A stretch of DNA of 64,000 bases from Fibrobacteria bacterium. Lineage in GTDB: Bacteria > Fibrobacterota > Fibrobacteria > UBA11236 > JADFYW01. This document shows, in pieces, positions 18,809 to 29,152 of this stretch. Numbering within the stretch: position 1 is the stretch's first letter; each line of letters opens with the position of its first letter. The translations under genes were made by a program, and so were the position numbers. Below the pieces are notes generated by a model, which had not been told where the DNA came from, made no database searches, and was given only the letters and a program-made list of their open reading frames with translations. The stretch spans positions 32,001 to 96,000 of the forward strand of contig JBNKOC010000024.1 in assembly GCA_050294405.1 (NCBI GenBank), written 5' to 3'.

Positions 18809-19429
18809 TTATTTTTTGGCTAATCGGTTTTTCCAAATTTCCATACTTGTTTGCAAAATTTTTCCTACGGCTTTGGAAGAAATGGTTGCCCCACTTATAC
18901 AATCAATTTCATTATTCTTTGATTTTGTGCCATGTTTAACGGCCACAATTTCGGGCTCAACCTCCAGTTGTTTAAAATTTTTATGAAAGTCAGTATCAAA
19001 AATTATTTTGTCTCCTAAACCGGGAGTCTCTCTGGATTCCAACACAGCCATCCCAATAATTTTTTTATCTCTACCGTTATACCCATAGATTAAGGATATA
19101 TCGTCCATAAATCCAGGTCCGATTGCAGGAATGGCATAGCCTATAATATCACCACCCTCCCCTAGCCCTTCATAAACCTGGCTATTTATTTCCGCTGCTT
19201 TTTGGGACATATTTACTTTTTGCAAGCCTCCACTTTGATATTGGTATTTTTGAATTTTATATGTTCCCGGAAGGATTATTTTTATAGCCTTTTCCAATGC
19301 CAGCTGTCTATTTATTTCAATTTTATCTTTGGTCCCCAAATAAATTCCGACCATCGCAGTCCCGGATAACAAGCCCGTGAGGGCCATAACCAATATGATG
19401 TTAAAACTATTGGAAGCCAAGGTTTTCAT
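18809..19429 (-). CDS. rnfG: Rnf electron transport complex subunit G (FMN-binding)
   Basis: N-terminal TM, ETPGLG and covalent-FMN motif SGATISS. Confidence 0.9.
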   Translation of the reverse strand: MKTLASNSFNIILVMALTGLLSGTAMVGIYLGTKDKIEINRQLALEKAIKIILPGTYKIQKYQYQSGGLQKVNMSQKAAEINSQVYEGLGEGGDIIGYAIPAIGPGFMDDISLIYGYNGRDKKIIGMAVLESRETPGLGDKIIFDTDFHKNFKQLEVEPEIVAVKHGTKSKNNEIDCISGATISSKAVGKILQTSMEIWKNRLAKK

Positions 19430-20427
19430 TTCCTTCGCCCCCCAAATGGTGCTGATTGTGTTGAATTATTAATAATTGGCGTTACTGCGTTCATTAGCAA
19501 AATGGCATACATTACCCCTTCAGGCAAACCGCCAAACAAACGGATTAATACAATTAATACCCCTACCCCTATTCCAAATATCCAGGCCCCTTTAAATGTG
19601 ATTGGTGTGGATACGGGATCTGTTACCATAAAAACAATGGCAAAGGCAGCGCCCCCGGAAAATAACATAAAGAGGGGATTAGGGTATTCCTCAGGATTCA
19701 ACCCCCAAAATATTCCAGATAGTACGGCAATGGTTAATATGGTGGAAAGGGGTAATCGCCAATCGAAAACCTTTCGATATACTAACCAAAGCCCAGCTAA
19801 TATTATTATTAAGCCACTGGTCTCCCCTATACATCCTGCTGTGTTGCCCCAAAATAAATGAGAAATGCCAGTTATTTGACCATCAAACTTAAACGCCCCC
19901 AGGGGCGTTGCGGCAGACAGGCTGTCATATTGAGGGGAAAACAAGGGTATGGCAAGGGAACTCTTTGGAATACTCCAAAAACCAGTCAAAGGTTTCTCCC
20001 AGGTTGTAATAGCCACAGGAAAAGCAGCTTGCAAAAAACCTCGCCCCACAAGGGCTGGGTTAAACAAGTTTTTTCCCATGCCGCCCCAAATCCACTTTCC
20101 CAAAAAAATGCTAACTATCCCCCCTAAAAAAGCCATCCACAAAGGAAACCCAGGCGGTAAAGTAAAGGCTAACAAAAGACCTGTAAGCACGGCTGTATTG
20201 TCTCTTAATGATTTTTGCCCAGCTTTGGTTAATTTATTGATGAAAAATTCGCTACCAGCGCTTCCCGACACACATGCCAACATTAAAAGCAACGAAGAAA
20301 TTCCGAAAAAATAAATAGAAGCAAGTGAAATTGGTATCAAACTTAAATTAACATCCAACATAATGGCTGGAGTTTTTTTGCCTGTTCTCACAAAGGGCGA
20401 AGTGGATAATTCCAGATTTAAGTTCAT
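19426..20427 (-). CDS. rnfD: Rnf electron transport complex subunit D
   Basis: GGMGKNLFNPALVGR, FMN site SAATPL, GCIGETS, FMVTDPVSTP and PEGVMYAILLMN. Confidence 0.93.
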   Translation of the reverse strand: MNLNLELSTSPFVRTGKKTPAIMLDVNLSLIPISLASIYFFGISSLLLMLACVSGSAGSEFFINKLTKAGQKSLRDNTAVLTGLLLAFTLPPGFPLWMAFLGGIVSIFLGKWIWGGMGKNLFNPALVGRGFLQAAFPVAITTWEKPLTGFWSIPKSSLAIPLFSPQYDSLSAATPLGAFKFDGQITGISHLFWGNTAGCIGETSGLIIILAGLWLVYRKVFDWRLPLSTILTIAVLSGIFWGLNPEEYPNPLFMLFSGGAAFAIVFMVTDPVSTPITFKGAWIFGIGVGVLIVLIRLFGGLPEGVMYAILLMNAVTPIINNSTQSAPFGGRRK

Positions 20428-21764
20428 GATTTGTGATACTTTTGTAGATTAGCCATCATACCTTTTCCCATTCTCATAAGCTGAACTAAAGGAATATTTG
20501 ATGGACAAGCATAGGAACATGAAGCACATTCAAAACAGCTAGGCAGATTATTGCTTTGTAAAAGTTCTGTTTTTTCAGCCCGGATTAAAGTTGCCAATCT
20601 CGAAGGGTTTAAAAACATGGGACAGGCTTCCACGCAGCGCCCGCAGCGAATACAAGCCAATTCCAGGTCGTTTCCCGGTGGACTTTCAGCCAATACAAGG
20701 ATTCCCGATGTACCTTTTGTTACAGACGCATCGAGGTTTTTTTGTGAATTGCCCATCATGGGCCCGCCCACAATAACCTGTTTTGTGGCATCTTTTAACC
20801 CACCACAATACTCTAATAAATCCACAAAGCGGGTCCCAATAGGAACCCAATAATTTCCAGGTCGTTCCACGCCAAACCCGGTTACGGTAACTACTCTTTC
20901 TATAAGCGGTTCAGCTTTATCTATGGCTAACCCAATGGCTCGCGTTGTGGCCACATTTTGCACAACCACTTCAATGTCCACTGGCAATTTTCCTGTAGGC
21001 ACTTGTTTTTTGAGGACAGCATCAATTAACATTTTTTCCGCACCTTGAGGGTACTTCACTTCAAGAGCAATCACTTCCATGTTTTGATATTTTTTCACCC
21101 TCTTTTCCATTGCAGCTATGGCATCGGGTTTATTTTTTTCAATTCCTATTACGGCATATGAGGCTCCCAGAAATCCCATGGTGAGCTCAAGACCTCTTAA
21201 TATTTCATCTGTATGCCCAGTCATTAGTTTATGATCGCATGTGAGATAAGGTTCGCATTCACAGCCGTTTAATATTACACAACTGGCTTTTTTTCCCTCT
21301 GGAATTTTCAATTTAACGTGAGAAGGAAAAGCTGCCCCTCCCATTCCAACAATACCTGCATTTTGGATTAGCTGTACAATTTCCTCTGCCTTGGATAATT
21401 CAAGCCTGACCGGCTTTTCTACTTCTAATTTTTGGTTATTGTAGGGATCCGCCTCAATTACTATGGATTCTGTTAATTTTCCGCTCACATGTGGCCGCAA
21501 TTCAACGGCTTTCACAGTTCCGGTTACTGGACTATGCATGGCTGTGGAAACAAATCCGCCGGCTTTTGCCAACATTTGTCCCCTTTTTACCTTGTCCCCT
21601 GGCCTAACCAATGCTATTGCAGGAGCTCCAATATGTTGCTGCACAGGCAATATGTATTCATTAAAAAATGGAACTCTTTCGATTGGCAATTGATTTGTCA
21701 GATGCTTGTACTCGGGAGGATGAACCCCATGCTTAAATGTATGTGACTTAATAAATGGAATCAT
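20424..21764 (-). CDS. rnfC: Rnf electron transport complex subunit C
   Basis: QHIGAP, HSPVTG, AGIVGMGGAAFPSHVK, NGCECEPYLTCD, KYPQGAEK, GGPMMG and two 4Fe-4S motifs (CIRCGRCVEACP, CFECASCSYACP). Start set at the Met of MIPF. Confidence 0.93.
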   Translation of the reverse strand: MIPFIKSHTFKHGVHPPEYKHLTNQLPIERVPFFNEYILPVQQHIGAPAIALVRPGDKVKRGQMLAKAGGFVSTAMHSPVTGTVKAVELRPHVSGKLTESIVIEADPYNNQKLEVEKPVRLELSKAEEIVQLIQNAGIVGMGGAAFPSHVKLKIPEGKKASCVILNGCECEPYLTCDHKLMTGHTDEILRGLELTMGFLGASYAVIGIEKNKPDAIAAMEKRVKKYQNMEVIALEVKYPQGAEKMLIDAVLKKQVPTGKLPVDIEVVVQNVATTRAIGLAIDKAEPLIERVVTVTGFGVERPGNYWVPIGTRFVDLLEYCGGLKDATKQVIVGGPMMGNSQKNLDASVTKGTSGILVLAESPPGNDLELACIRCGRCVEACPMFLNPSRLATLIRAEKTELLQSNNLPSCFECASCSYACPSNIPLVQLMRMGKGMMANLQKYHKS

Positions 21765-21768
21765 ATTG

Positions 21769-24700
21769 CTAATTTTTATAGCCCGCAATTTTTAACAGGT
21801 TATCCTTGAGTTTTCGAAGCATTTCATCCCGTTGCGCAGTTGATTTTTTTTGAAAATTTTGAGCAAGCTCTTCAATATGAACCGCTTTTTCTTGGTTATC
21901 CTTAAACTCAGATGACGATTCCGTTACCGACGGATCTGGAATATAAAGAGTGGAATAAAATTGGTACAACTCTTGCAGGGATCTGATTAAATCAAAATGT
22001 ATTTCGAAGTATTTTCCCATTGGATCTTTATAAAACAAGTTCTTTCCCACGAAAGCATGTATGTTTTGACTGAGATCTAATTCCAAGATATTAAGGGCAT
22101 TTTTTAATTGGGTTATATCCTCAATTTCCTGCAAATGCGAGCTGAACCTGGACTCACTTTTTAAGAATTCGAGAGAAGATTGAATTATGTTCAATGCCGA
22201 AGGCATTTCCTGAAAAATTTCATTGTCAGCAATGCTATTTATATTTCCTTCTAACTTTTCAATATGAGGCCAAAGCCCTTTTTTGTAAACCGCTTCTGAT
22301 TGTAGTAATGTATCCTTAGTTTCAAACCCGTGGAGCTCAGGATTAGGACAATAAATAGAGAGCAAGGCATCTTTAGGAGATTCAAAATAATCAAGGGTCT
22401 TTTGCAAGAAATGCTCTTCCTTAAACAAAGATGTTGTGGCCGAATAATGGGTATTGCTAAAAGGCCTGTTTTTATTGAGGCCTGGGATTACAGAAAATAA
22501 GGATAAGAATTTTAAAGGAAGCTGAACATTTTCCTGAATGCCGGGAATTAATTTTTCACTACCCAAAACAATTATTTTTGGAACTGCCGATAAAGATTCA
22601 TTGGAAAGGTTATTCCAGCCCATCTTTTGAATTCCATTTTCTTTTGCTTTTACATCGGAAGGCCACTCCAAAAGCAATTCGGCTATTAACATTATTTTTT
22701 CCAATTCTACCCAATCGGATAATAAGCTTTCCTGAAGGCCTATTGCAGCATTGGGATTGTTTATACTAATAACCACAGGAAAACTAAAGGGGTTATAGGG
22801 AAATTTGGCAAGGATTTCAGCAAGACGGACATTTGTTATTAATAAACCAAACCTGGCCCTGCCCAGACCATTTTTTCCTTCTTTGAAAAGCCATAGTTGA
22901 TGATGAATATCTGATAAACATTTTGACAGCTTAAGCAGTTTTTCATTTTGGACCACAGGAGCATTTCCATTTTTACTTAATCTATCTACCACACTTTCCA
23001 GCGTAATTTGTTTTTTATGTTCCTCAAATTGAGATGTTATCTTTCCCAGGGAATTCTGCAATTCAATATTAAAAGATTGTCCTATAATTTGCTGGATAGC
23101 TTCTCCTAATTGAAGTTCAAGAGATTCTAACTTTTGAATATATGGGATAGAACTGCTTTGGAAATAATATTCGGCAATATTAACCACACGCCTGATGGCC
23201 AAAAGCTCCCCGGAACCAGGCGAGGCAAAAGTTCCTCCAAGCATAGAAAAGTTAGCATAAGCAGATAACATTATACCGGATAGACTAGGCAGGCCATTGG
23301 CTTCACCCACTGCGGCAATTATTTTATCGCTTGTAAAAGGAAGCCCATCGTGCAATTCCCAAAGTTTAGATTCTTTTTCAAAATCATGTTGGCTATCAGC
23401 CTTCACTTCAAGCGCTTTAGGCTGGCATTCCGAAACGCATATTCCGCAACCTTTGCACATATTGGGATTAATATCCAAGCTCAACAAAACCGGTTCCGCC
23501 GAAGGGCTCCAGCCATTGCTATTTACCAAAGATTTCCAATATATTGTTTTTAGTTTACCAATTTTATCGGAAATGTTGGATAATATGGTTTTAACATCTG
23601 ACTTGTCCGATTCAGGAATATTTTCCAAAAGAATTTCTACGGCAGAATTAAATTGTTCCCTCTTAAATTCCTGGGTATTTTGATTTGAAGCCAGGTTTTT
23701 TATCACCGAAGGCAACAATTTGAAATAACGCTTTAATTTTCCAGCTATGTTAACCACAGGATCTGAACTTGCCAGGGCATTTACCATTTCAGAAACATCG
23801 AAGGCTTTTGCTGAAAAAGCGTTATCTGGGCAGCTTATCCAACATTTGGCGCAACCATTGCATTTTTCAGGGTTAAATTCTGGCATTTGATTTCTATGAA
23901 TCCATGTGCTGTGAAAAGCAGAAGTGCTTGGAGGTATTTCGCCGTAAGCCGCGTTTATCTCCGGAGTGCATAGAATATTTTCCCCAGCCTGATAGGGTTC
24001 TATCCAGCTCCCCCAAAAACTGGAAATATCTTTTTGGCTGTCTTTAATTTTTTTCCAACGCTTTAAACCTGCCAAAGGCTCAAATGAGTCTTGATGATTA
24101 TAGGAAAGACTGTTAACAGAAATTGGAACACATTCCTCGGGAATTTCTCCCAGGATAATTTGAGGAAACTTTGGATGGAAGTCTGGACTGGATATGGAAA
24201 AGCATTCTGCTTCCAGTTCGCTTAATTTTTTCTTCCAATGTTTAGGCAGTTTGTAAATCGTTTCATTGGGGAGCTGCCCCTGTACAAAAATAACTTTCCC
24301 CTTTTTTTGCAATTTATCAAATGGATCAAATCCAAAAAATGCATCCGCCAATTGCAAGACCATAATTTTGTAATGGGACTCAGAGGAATAATATTCAGGA
24401 TAGCCATTTTGCAGCCTAACACTGAATAAATTTGCCTTTGAATTCAAAGCTACAATTTCAAACTTAGGAGGATCCCCCATTGACTTTTGTAATTTGTTAA
24501 ATAAAGTTTCTTTAAATGGATAGTTGATATTTTCTTTGGGAACAACCAACCCCACATTTTCATAGGGCAGTTCAAGAGGTTCTAATTCAGAAATATTTGC
24601 CTTATTTTGCAGCTTTAAATCCCGACTAATAATATCGTACTGGGCCTGCCTTTTAGGAAAAGCAGTTTTTGGAAATTCTACTTTTGTTTCAAGACTAACA

Positions 24701-25908
24701 TAATGAGTCCCCGGCCCGTATTTATTTTCCAGCAATTCTTTCCATTTAGATTCGGTAATTCCACCCGCACCATAAGAAAGTTGGATTAAAACCAGAGCTA
24801 TTTTACCATCAGATTGTTCTAAAATAGATTGGGCATTACTTTTTAAAAATTCGCTGGAGTATCCAATAACAATCCCAACATTGCTGTTGATGGATACATC
24901 TGGAAAATCTACATATCCACGCGGAGCAAAGTTTTTTACCCGCAAAACATGAATTGTTTTCTTTATTTTACCGGCAATAAAATCAATTTTCGACTCTAAA
25001 TCTAAATGAATCTGATTATCTGCAACGATAAAAATATTGCTTTTAAATTTTTTAGGAGGTGAAATAGCATTTCCAGCTTGGGATTTAAAGTTTTCGATAA
25101 AGCTAGTGGAATATTTTTTATAAATATCTTTATATTTATCCAGAACAAGCTTTTGTTTGCTAAATCCATTTAGTTCCTGCGTCTCCGTAGAAAATTGGCT
25201 CCCCATTAGCAGGGGTTCGCTTAAATTAAAGATTCTGGAGTTACGCCAGCCCTGTGAAGTAAAATAAGATTTTATCTCATTTACATTCGGAACTGAACTG
25301 ATTTGAGGAACCCAAAAATGCTGATTGCTGTTGTGAAAAATTAAATTTGGAACTCTAAGGTTTTCTGAAATTTTCCTACCCATAAGCGCCTGGAAGATTA
25401 AATCGCCTGAATTGGCGCTATGCCAAATTTGCCATCCAGTATTAGCTAAGGCTTGAAAAACTTCCCAATAATTACCGTGAAGTTTTCCTGGACTGCTTTG
25501 AAATACATGCAGATTAAGGGCTATATTTTTTTCAGCAATTTCTTTTAATCGAGTCAAATTTAATGTTAACTGCTCTGCTTCCAGCCAAATTGCTAACCGT
25601 TTTCCACCCAAGGCCATCCCCTCAGCCCAACCGAACAATTCACTACTGCGGCTAAAAGTCTGTATTTCTACAGCTGAGTGAAATACATTCGTAGTGTGCA
25701 ACTTGGATACATCAAACCCAGAGCTAGCTAAACCTGAAGGGGATGTCCATAATAAGCCAATGGCATCACATACTGTACTTTCCAGTTCAAAGCTTAAATA
25801 ACATCCCGTATAAGGTACATTATTTTCTAATTGGGAAAAGCGGAAAGACTTATAGCCTTTTCTTCTCTCTACCCAATGGGGTATTAGTTGAAATTCAGAA
25901 TTATCCAT
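21769..25908 (-). CDS. Large, highly diverged pyruvate:ferredoxin oxidoreductase-like protein retaining two 4Fe-4S motifs, probably non-catalytic
   Basis: MPEFNPEKCNGCAKCWISCPDNA and INPNMCKGCGICVSECQPKAL; PFOR-like remnants (IPPSTSAF, GGTFASPGSGE, FPYNPFSFP, YCPNPELHG); no YPITP or GDG motif seen. Confidence 0.7.
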   Translation of the reverse strand: MDNSEFQLIPHWVERRKGYKSFRFSQLENNVPYTGCYLSFELESTVCDAIGLLWTSPSGLASSGFDVSKLHTTNVFHSAVEIQTFSRSSELFGWAEGMALGGKRLAIWLEAEQLTLNLTRLKEIAEKNIALNLHVFQSSPGKLHGNYWEVFQALANTGWQIWHSANSGDLIFQALMGRKISENLRVPNLIFHNSNQHFWVPQISSVPNVNEIKSYFTSQGWRNSRIFNLSEPLLMGSQFSTETQELNGFSKQKLVLDKYKDIYKKYSTSFIENFKSQAGNAISPPKKFKSNIFIVADNQIHLDLESKIDFIAGKIKKTIHVLRVKNFAPRGYVDFPDVSINSNVGIVIGYSSEFLKSNAQSILEQSDGKIALVLIQLSYGAGGITESKWKELLENKYGPGTHYVSLETKVEFPKTAFPKRQAQYDIISRDLKLQNKANISELEPLELPYENVGLVVPKENINYPFKETLFNKLQKSMGDPPKFEIVALNSKANLFSVRLQNGYPEYYSSESHYKIMVLQLADAFFGFDPFDKLQKKGKVIFVQGQLPNETIYKLPKHWKKKLSELEAECFSISSPDFHPKFPQIILGEIPEECVPISVNSLSYNHQDSFEPLAGLKRWKKIKDSQKDISSFWGSWIEPYQAGENILCTPEINAAYGEIPPSTSAFHSTWIHRNQMPEFNPEKCNGCAKCWISCPDNAFSAKAFDVSEMVNALASSDPVVNIAGKLKRYFKLLPSVIKNLASNQNTQEFKREQFNSAVEILLENIPESDKSDVKTILSNISDKIGKLKTIYWKSLVNSNGWSPSAEPVLLSLDINPNMCKGCGICVSECQPKALEVKADSQHDFEKESKLWELHDGLPFTSDKIIAAVGEANGLPSLSGIMLSAYANFSMLGGTFASPGSGELLAIRRVVNIAEYYFQSSSIPYIQKLESLELQLGEAIQQIIGQSFNIELQNSLGKITSQFEEHKKQITLESVVDRLSKNGNAPVVQNEKLLKLSKCLSDIHHQLWLFKEGKNGLGRARFGLLITNVRLAEILAKFPYNPFSFPVVISINNPNAAIGLQESLLSDWVELEKIMLIAELLLEWPSDVKAKENGIQKMGWNNLSNESLSAVPKIIVLGSEKLIPGIQENVQLPLKFLSLFSVIPGLNKNRPFSNTHYSATTSLFKEEHFLQKTLDYFESPKDALLSIYCPNPELHGFETKDTLLQSEAVYKKGLWPHIEKLEGNINSIADNEIFQEMPSALNIIQSSLEFLKSESRFSSHLQEIEDITQLKNALNILELDLSQNIHAFVGKNLFYKDPMGKYFEIHFDLIRSLQELYQFYSTLYIPDPSVTESSSEFKDNQEKAVHIEELAQNFQKKSTAQRDEMLRKLKDNLLKIAGYKN

Positions 25909-26746
25909 AATTGCCTTCACGGTTTACCGAATGCCATGCAAATTCAAATTGATTCCCTTCCAACCATTGAATAGCTCCTGTGGGACATCGAAAACTCGCT
26001 TCAATACCTGTTTTCTCAGGGAACCGAATTCGAGGAAGTCCGTTTTCCATTTCCAGCACTCCTGGTTCAGAATCGCTTACGCAACGGGAACAGCCATCAC
26101 AAGCAACCCTGCACGCAGCGGTTGCCTTTTCCCCTGTTATCGGGCTGTTGCATTGGACAAACAATTTTTCTTCAACAGACTGAAGCACAAACAAATCCAA
26201 GGGACAAACTTCGACACAATCATTACATGCCGTGCATTTATCAATGGAAACTTTGGGTAAAAATTCTTCTGTCATAGAAATAGCCTGGAAAGTACAAGCC
26301 ACTTCACAATCCCCAAAACCAAGGCAACCCCACTCGCAAGCCCTTCCTCCCTTATTCACCTGGATAGCAGCACGGCAGCTTTGCTCTCCTTTATAAGAAG
26401 CTAACTTTAGGGCGGAGCCCTCTCCTCCAGCGCATTTTAAGCGCGCTACTTTTTTAATTTCCTGAGTTGCTTCTACTCCCAGCAAGTCTGCTATTTCTTC
26501 AATTTTTGCAGAACTACTAACACTGCATTTTCCGGGGGCGATTTCATTTAAAAGAAGTTTATCGGCAAAAGCCTGGCATCCAGGTTGGCCACAGGCTCCG
26601 CAGTTGGAGCCGGGTAACAAATCTACTACCAAATCTTTTCTTGGGTCTTCTTCAACTTGAAGATACTTATATGCAATGGCTAGTATGGTCCCAAGCAGTG
26701 TGGCTATGCCGGCTAAGATGGCAGAGGATATAATAAATGTTCCCAT
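25901..26746 (-). CDS. rnfB: Rnf electron transport complex subunit B
   Basis: N-terminal TM, LPGSNCGACGQPGC, CEWGCLGFGDCEVACTF, KCTACNDCVEVCP and CDGCSRC. Confidence 0.92.
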   Translation of the reverse strand: MGTFIISSAILAGIATLLGTILAIAYKYLQVEEDPRKDLVVDLLPGSNCGACGQPGCQAFADKLLLNEIAPGKCSVSSSAKIEEIADLLGVEATQEIKKVARLKCAGGEGSALKLASYKGEQSCRAAIQVNKGGRACEWGCLGFGDCEVACTFQAISMTEEFLPKVSIDKCTACNDCVEVCPLDLFVLQSVEEKLFVQCNSPITGEKATAACRVACDGCSRCVSDSEPGVLEMENGLPRIRFPEKTGIEASFRCPTGAIQWLEGNQFEFAWHSVNREGNYG

Positions 26747-26749
26747 TAC

Positions 26750-29152
26750 TCAATTCAACGTTTCCGCTTGAGCCATTAACTGCTCTGTAACTGTATTATC
26801 GCCTTCCCTGGGGCTTCCAGGATGGATACATTTTGCCGGGCATTTTGTGGCCGCTTTTACAAGTTCTGCAAAAGTCCCCTGGCTGGCGTCGGCAATTTCC
26901 GCCTGTTTGTCTGAATTGTATTTAAACAATCTATTGTTAACGTTGATACAATCATTACATGATGTACACAACTCAGAATCAATGTAGGGTTCTAAACTTT
27001 GTGGAGTTTTTGGTTTTGCTACTTCGGGAATTCCTTCTTCTTTAACTTGCGGACTCTCACTTGGCTCTAAATTTTCTACAGCCTTCGGTTCTTCCTGGGC
27101 CGCCACAGAAGGCGTGGAAGAGCCAGACATCTGATTTATGTTTAAATTGAGAAGTCCTTCTGCTAATTTCTCTAATGCAATCCCAGCCTCCTTACTCCTT
27201 ACTTCTTCCAATTCTTCTGCATGTTTGGACTTAAGCTGCTCCATTTCCAATTGAAATTTTTGTTCAATTTGTTCAGTAATCTCCTGTTTAGTTTTCTCAG
27301 CGTAATAATTGTGAACTCCGCCTAATTCCTGCAACCGTTTCCATTGGCCTAAAAGAACATTGCTAAAGGCTAAAATCCCCCTGGAAACTCCAAATCTTAA
27401 TCTTTCGCCATTAAAATTTTCCATGTTAATAACAGGAAAACTGTTGGCGCTTTGGTTGTCTTGATTATTTAAATAATTGTGCAGTTCTAATTCGCCATCC
27501 AAAGATTCTAAGGAGCTGATTTGTAAAAAATCATGTTCCCATTCCGTTTCAAGTAAAAGGTAATCCGCAGGAGTAACACGTTTCTCTGCATTTAAAATAG
27601 CCCAATCCGAATTTAAATCCGGGTTGCAATTAATGGAAAAACTCTGGGAAAAGCCTTTTTCTTCATTAGGAGAATATTTCAAATAAGGAGTAAGCCGTGA
27701 TTTATAGGCCAAATCCATTTTATAAAAGGCCGTTTTCGAATCCACCTTTTCCGGACTTACACAACATATGGACATTCCCATTCCTTTTGCTTCCGAAAAA
27801 CTATCTAGGCTTTCAATAAGGGATAGCGAATCACAACTGTTTACATGGGACACAAAACAGTTGAGTCCAAAAACCTGCTTTAGCGCAAAATTAACATTAT
27901 TAATTTGAAAACCATTTGAGCCCTTTATTAACAAATCAGGCAAAGTGTAATCCATAATAAATTTTATAGGATATTCGGCATTCAAATTTGGGTAGTATTC
28001 TTCGTCTTTTAGGTTTTGATAAACAATTATTTCCGGCAGCAGCCTTGTTTCCAATTGGCCATTAAAATCCCATTGAATGGATTCTAAATAAACCGGATGA
28101 ATTTCCTCCACATAGGCTTCATTTACTTCAATTTGCGCTAATTTTATGGCTTTAATTAAATCGGTAAAGCTATTAGATATTTGTTTTAAATACCCGACAG
28201 CTGCTGACAATGGCTTTGGGGTTTTTTCCAGTTTAACATATTGAGGGTCCAGCAATACATCAGCACATTTTTTAGAGGAATAAACCATAAGAGTTGGCTG
28301 GGTTTCCAGATTTTTAATTCCCGAATTCAGCTGGACTAAAGCATTTTCCATGGCTTCAAGGCGCTTTGGATTTATTAACTTGGCGCCTTTGTATTTAGGG
28401 AGTGATTTAGCCAGTTTTTCTATGTTTACTCCCTGCAACTGCTCCATTGCCTTGTTGGCCCCTTTTTTCTTGACAGCTGAACCAAAATGAGATCTATGTA
28501 TATCGATTAAATCTTTTAGTTTTGCCGCCAGTTCTTTTAATTCATTATGAATAAGCGTTTTTTCTTTTATTTTCTTTGATTGAAAAATTTGAAGGCTTGT
28601 TTGAAAATGAATGTTACTGCTAAAAGGCACAACATTCCCCTCATCAGGCAAATGTTTTAAAATTTCTGAAATCTCATCAAGCAAATTTTTCTTTGACTCG
28701 GGACTTGTCTCAAATTCATTTAAATATTGCTCAGCAAGCTCCCGATTTACATCAGGGCTGGAATTTAAGCAATAACTTTTTTGAGAGGCAAGCTGGTATT
28801 TTTCCACCCATAAATTCAGAGAATGGGCCAAGGCCTCAAGTGGAGAGCCTGGTTCCGGTTCATTTTTGACCTGATGTATAGCTTCTTCAAGCAAATTATA
28901 AATAGGTTTTGACGAATAGGTATTTCCATTGGCATTTATATATATTGGGTAGTTTCCCAGGATGTTCGAATTGAAATTAATTTCTGGAATATTAAGAGGT
29001 GTATAACCAGAATTCTCAGGTTTTTTACCTAAATAAAAAAATTGGGCCAAATCCGAGAGCCCCATATCTGTGCTTTTTTCCCCTCCGCCCTCCTTTTTAG
29101 AACTACCGGAAGAGGATTTTTTTTCTATTTCCATGGAAACATTAGATTTCAT
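26750..29152 (-). CDS. Large protein with an eroded PFOR C-terminal-like region, a coiled coil and a C-terminal ferredoxin
   Basis: C-terminal PYIDSELCTSCNDC...KCPAKCIHPG; SRLTPYLKYSP...NPDLNSDW...TPADY...WKRLQELGG recall the PFOR C-terminus; Glu/Lys-rich coiled coil and a Pro/Glu linker precede the ferredoxin. Confidence 0.65.
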   Translation of the reverse strand: MKSNVSMEIEKKSSSGSSKKEGGGEKSTDMGLSDLAQFFYLGKKPENSGYTPLNIPEINFNSNILGNYPIYINANGNTYSSKPIYNLLEEAIHQVKNEPEPGSPLEALAHSLNLWVEKYQLASQKSYCLNSSPDVNRELAEQYLNEFETSPESKKNLLDEISEILKHLPDEGNVVPFSSNIHFQTSLQIFQSKKIKEKTLIHNELKELAAKLKDLIDIHRSHFGSAVKKKGANKAMEQLQGVNIEKLAKSLPKYKGAKLINPKRLEAMENALVQLNSGIKNLETQPTLMVYSSKKCADVLLDPQYVKLEKTPKPLSAAVGYLKQISNSFTDLIKAIKLAQIEVNEAYVEEIHPVYLESIQWDFNGQLETRLLPEIIVYQNLKDEEYYPNLNAEYPIKFIMDYTLPDLLIKGSNGFQINNVNFALKQVFGLNCFVSHVNSCDSLSLIESLDSFSEAKGMGMSICCVSPEKVDSKTAFYKMDLAYKSRLTPYLKYSPNEEKGFSQSFSINCNPDLNSDWAILNAEKRVTPADYLLLETEWEHDFLQISSLESLDGELELHNYLNNQDNQSANSFPVINMENFNGERLRFGVSRGILAFSNVLLGQWKRLQELGGVHNYYAEKTKQEITEQIEQKFQLEMEQLKSKHAEELEEVRSKEAGIALEKLAEGLLNLNINQMSGSSTPSVAAQEEPKAVENLEPSESPQVKEEGIPEVAKPKTPQSLEPYIDSELCTSCNDCINVNNRLFKYNSDKQAEIADASQGTFAELVKAATKCPAKCIHPGSPREGDNTVTEQLMAQAETLN

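Noticed and set aside
17585..21764. Na+-NQR (nqr) rather than Rnf
   Set aside because: The soluble subunit has two 4Fe-4S motifs typical of RnfC, a true RnfB is present, and no NqrF-like subunit is seen.
21769..25908. Pseudogene call for the eroded PFOR-like gene
   Set aside because: The frame is open for more than 4 kb, is tightly coupled to both neighbours and keeps both ferredoxin Cys motifs.
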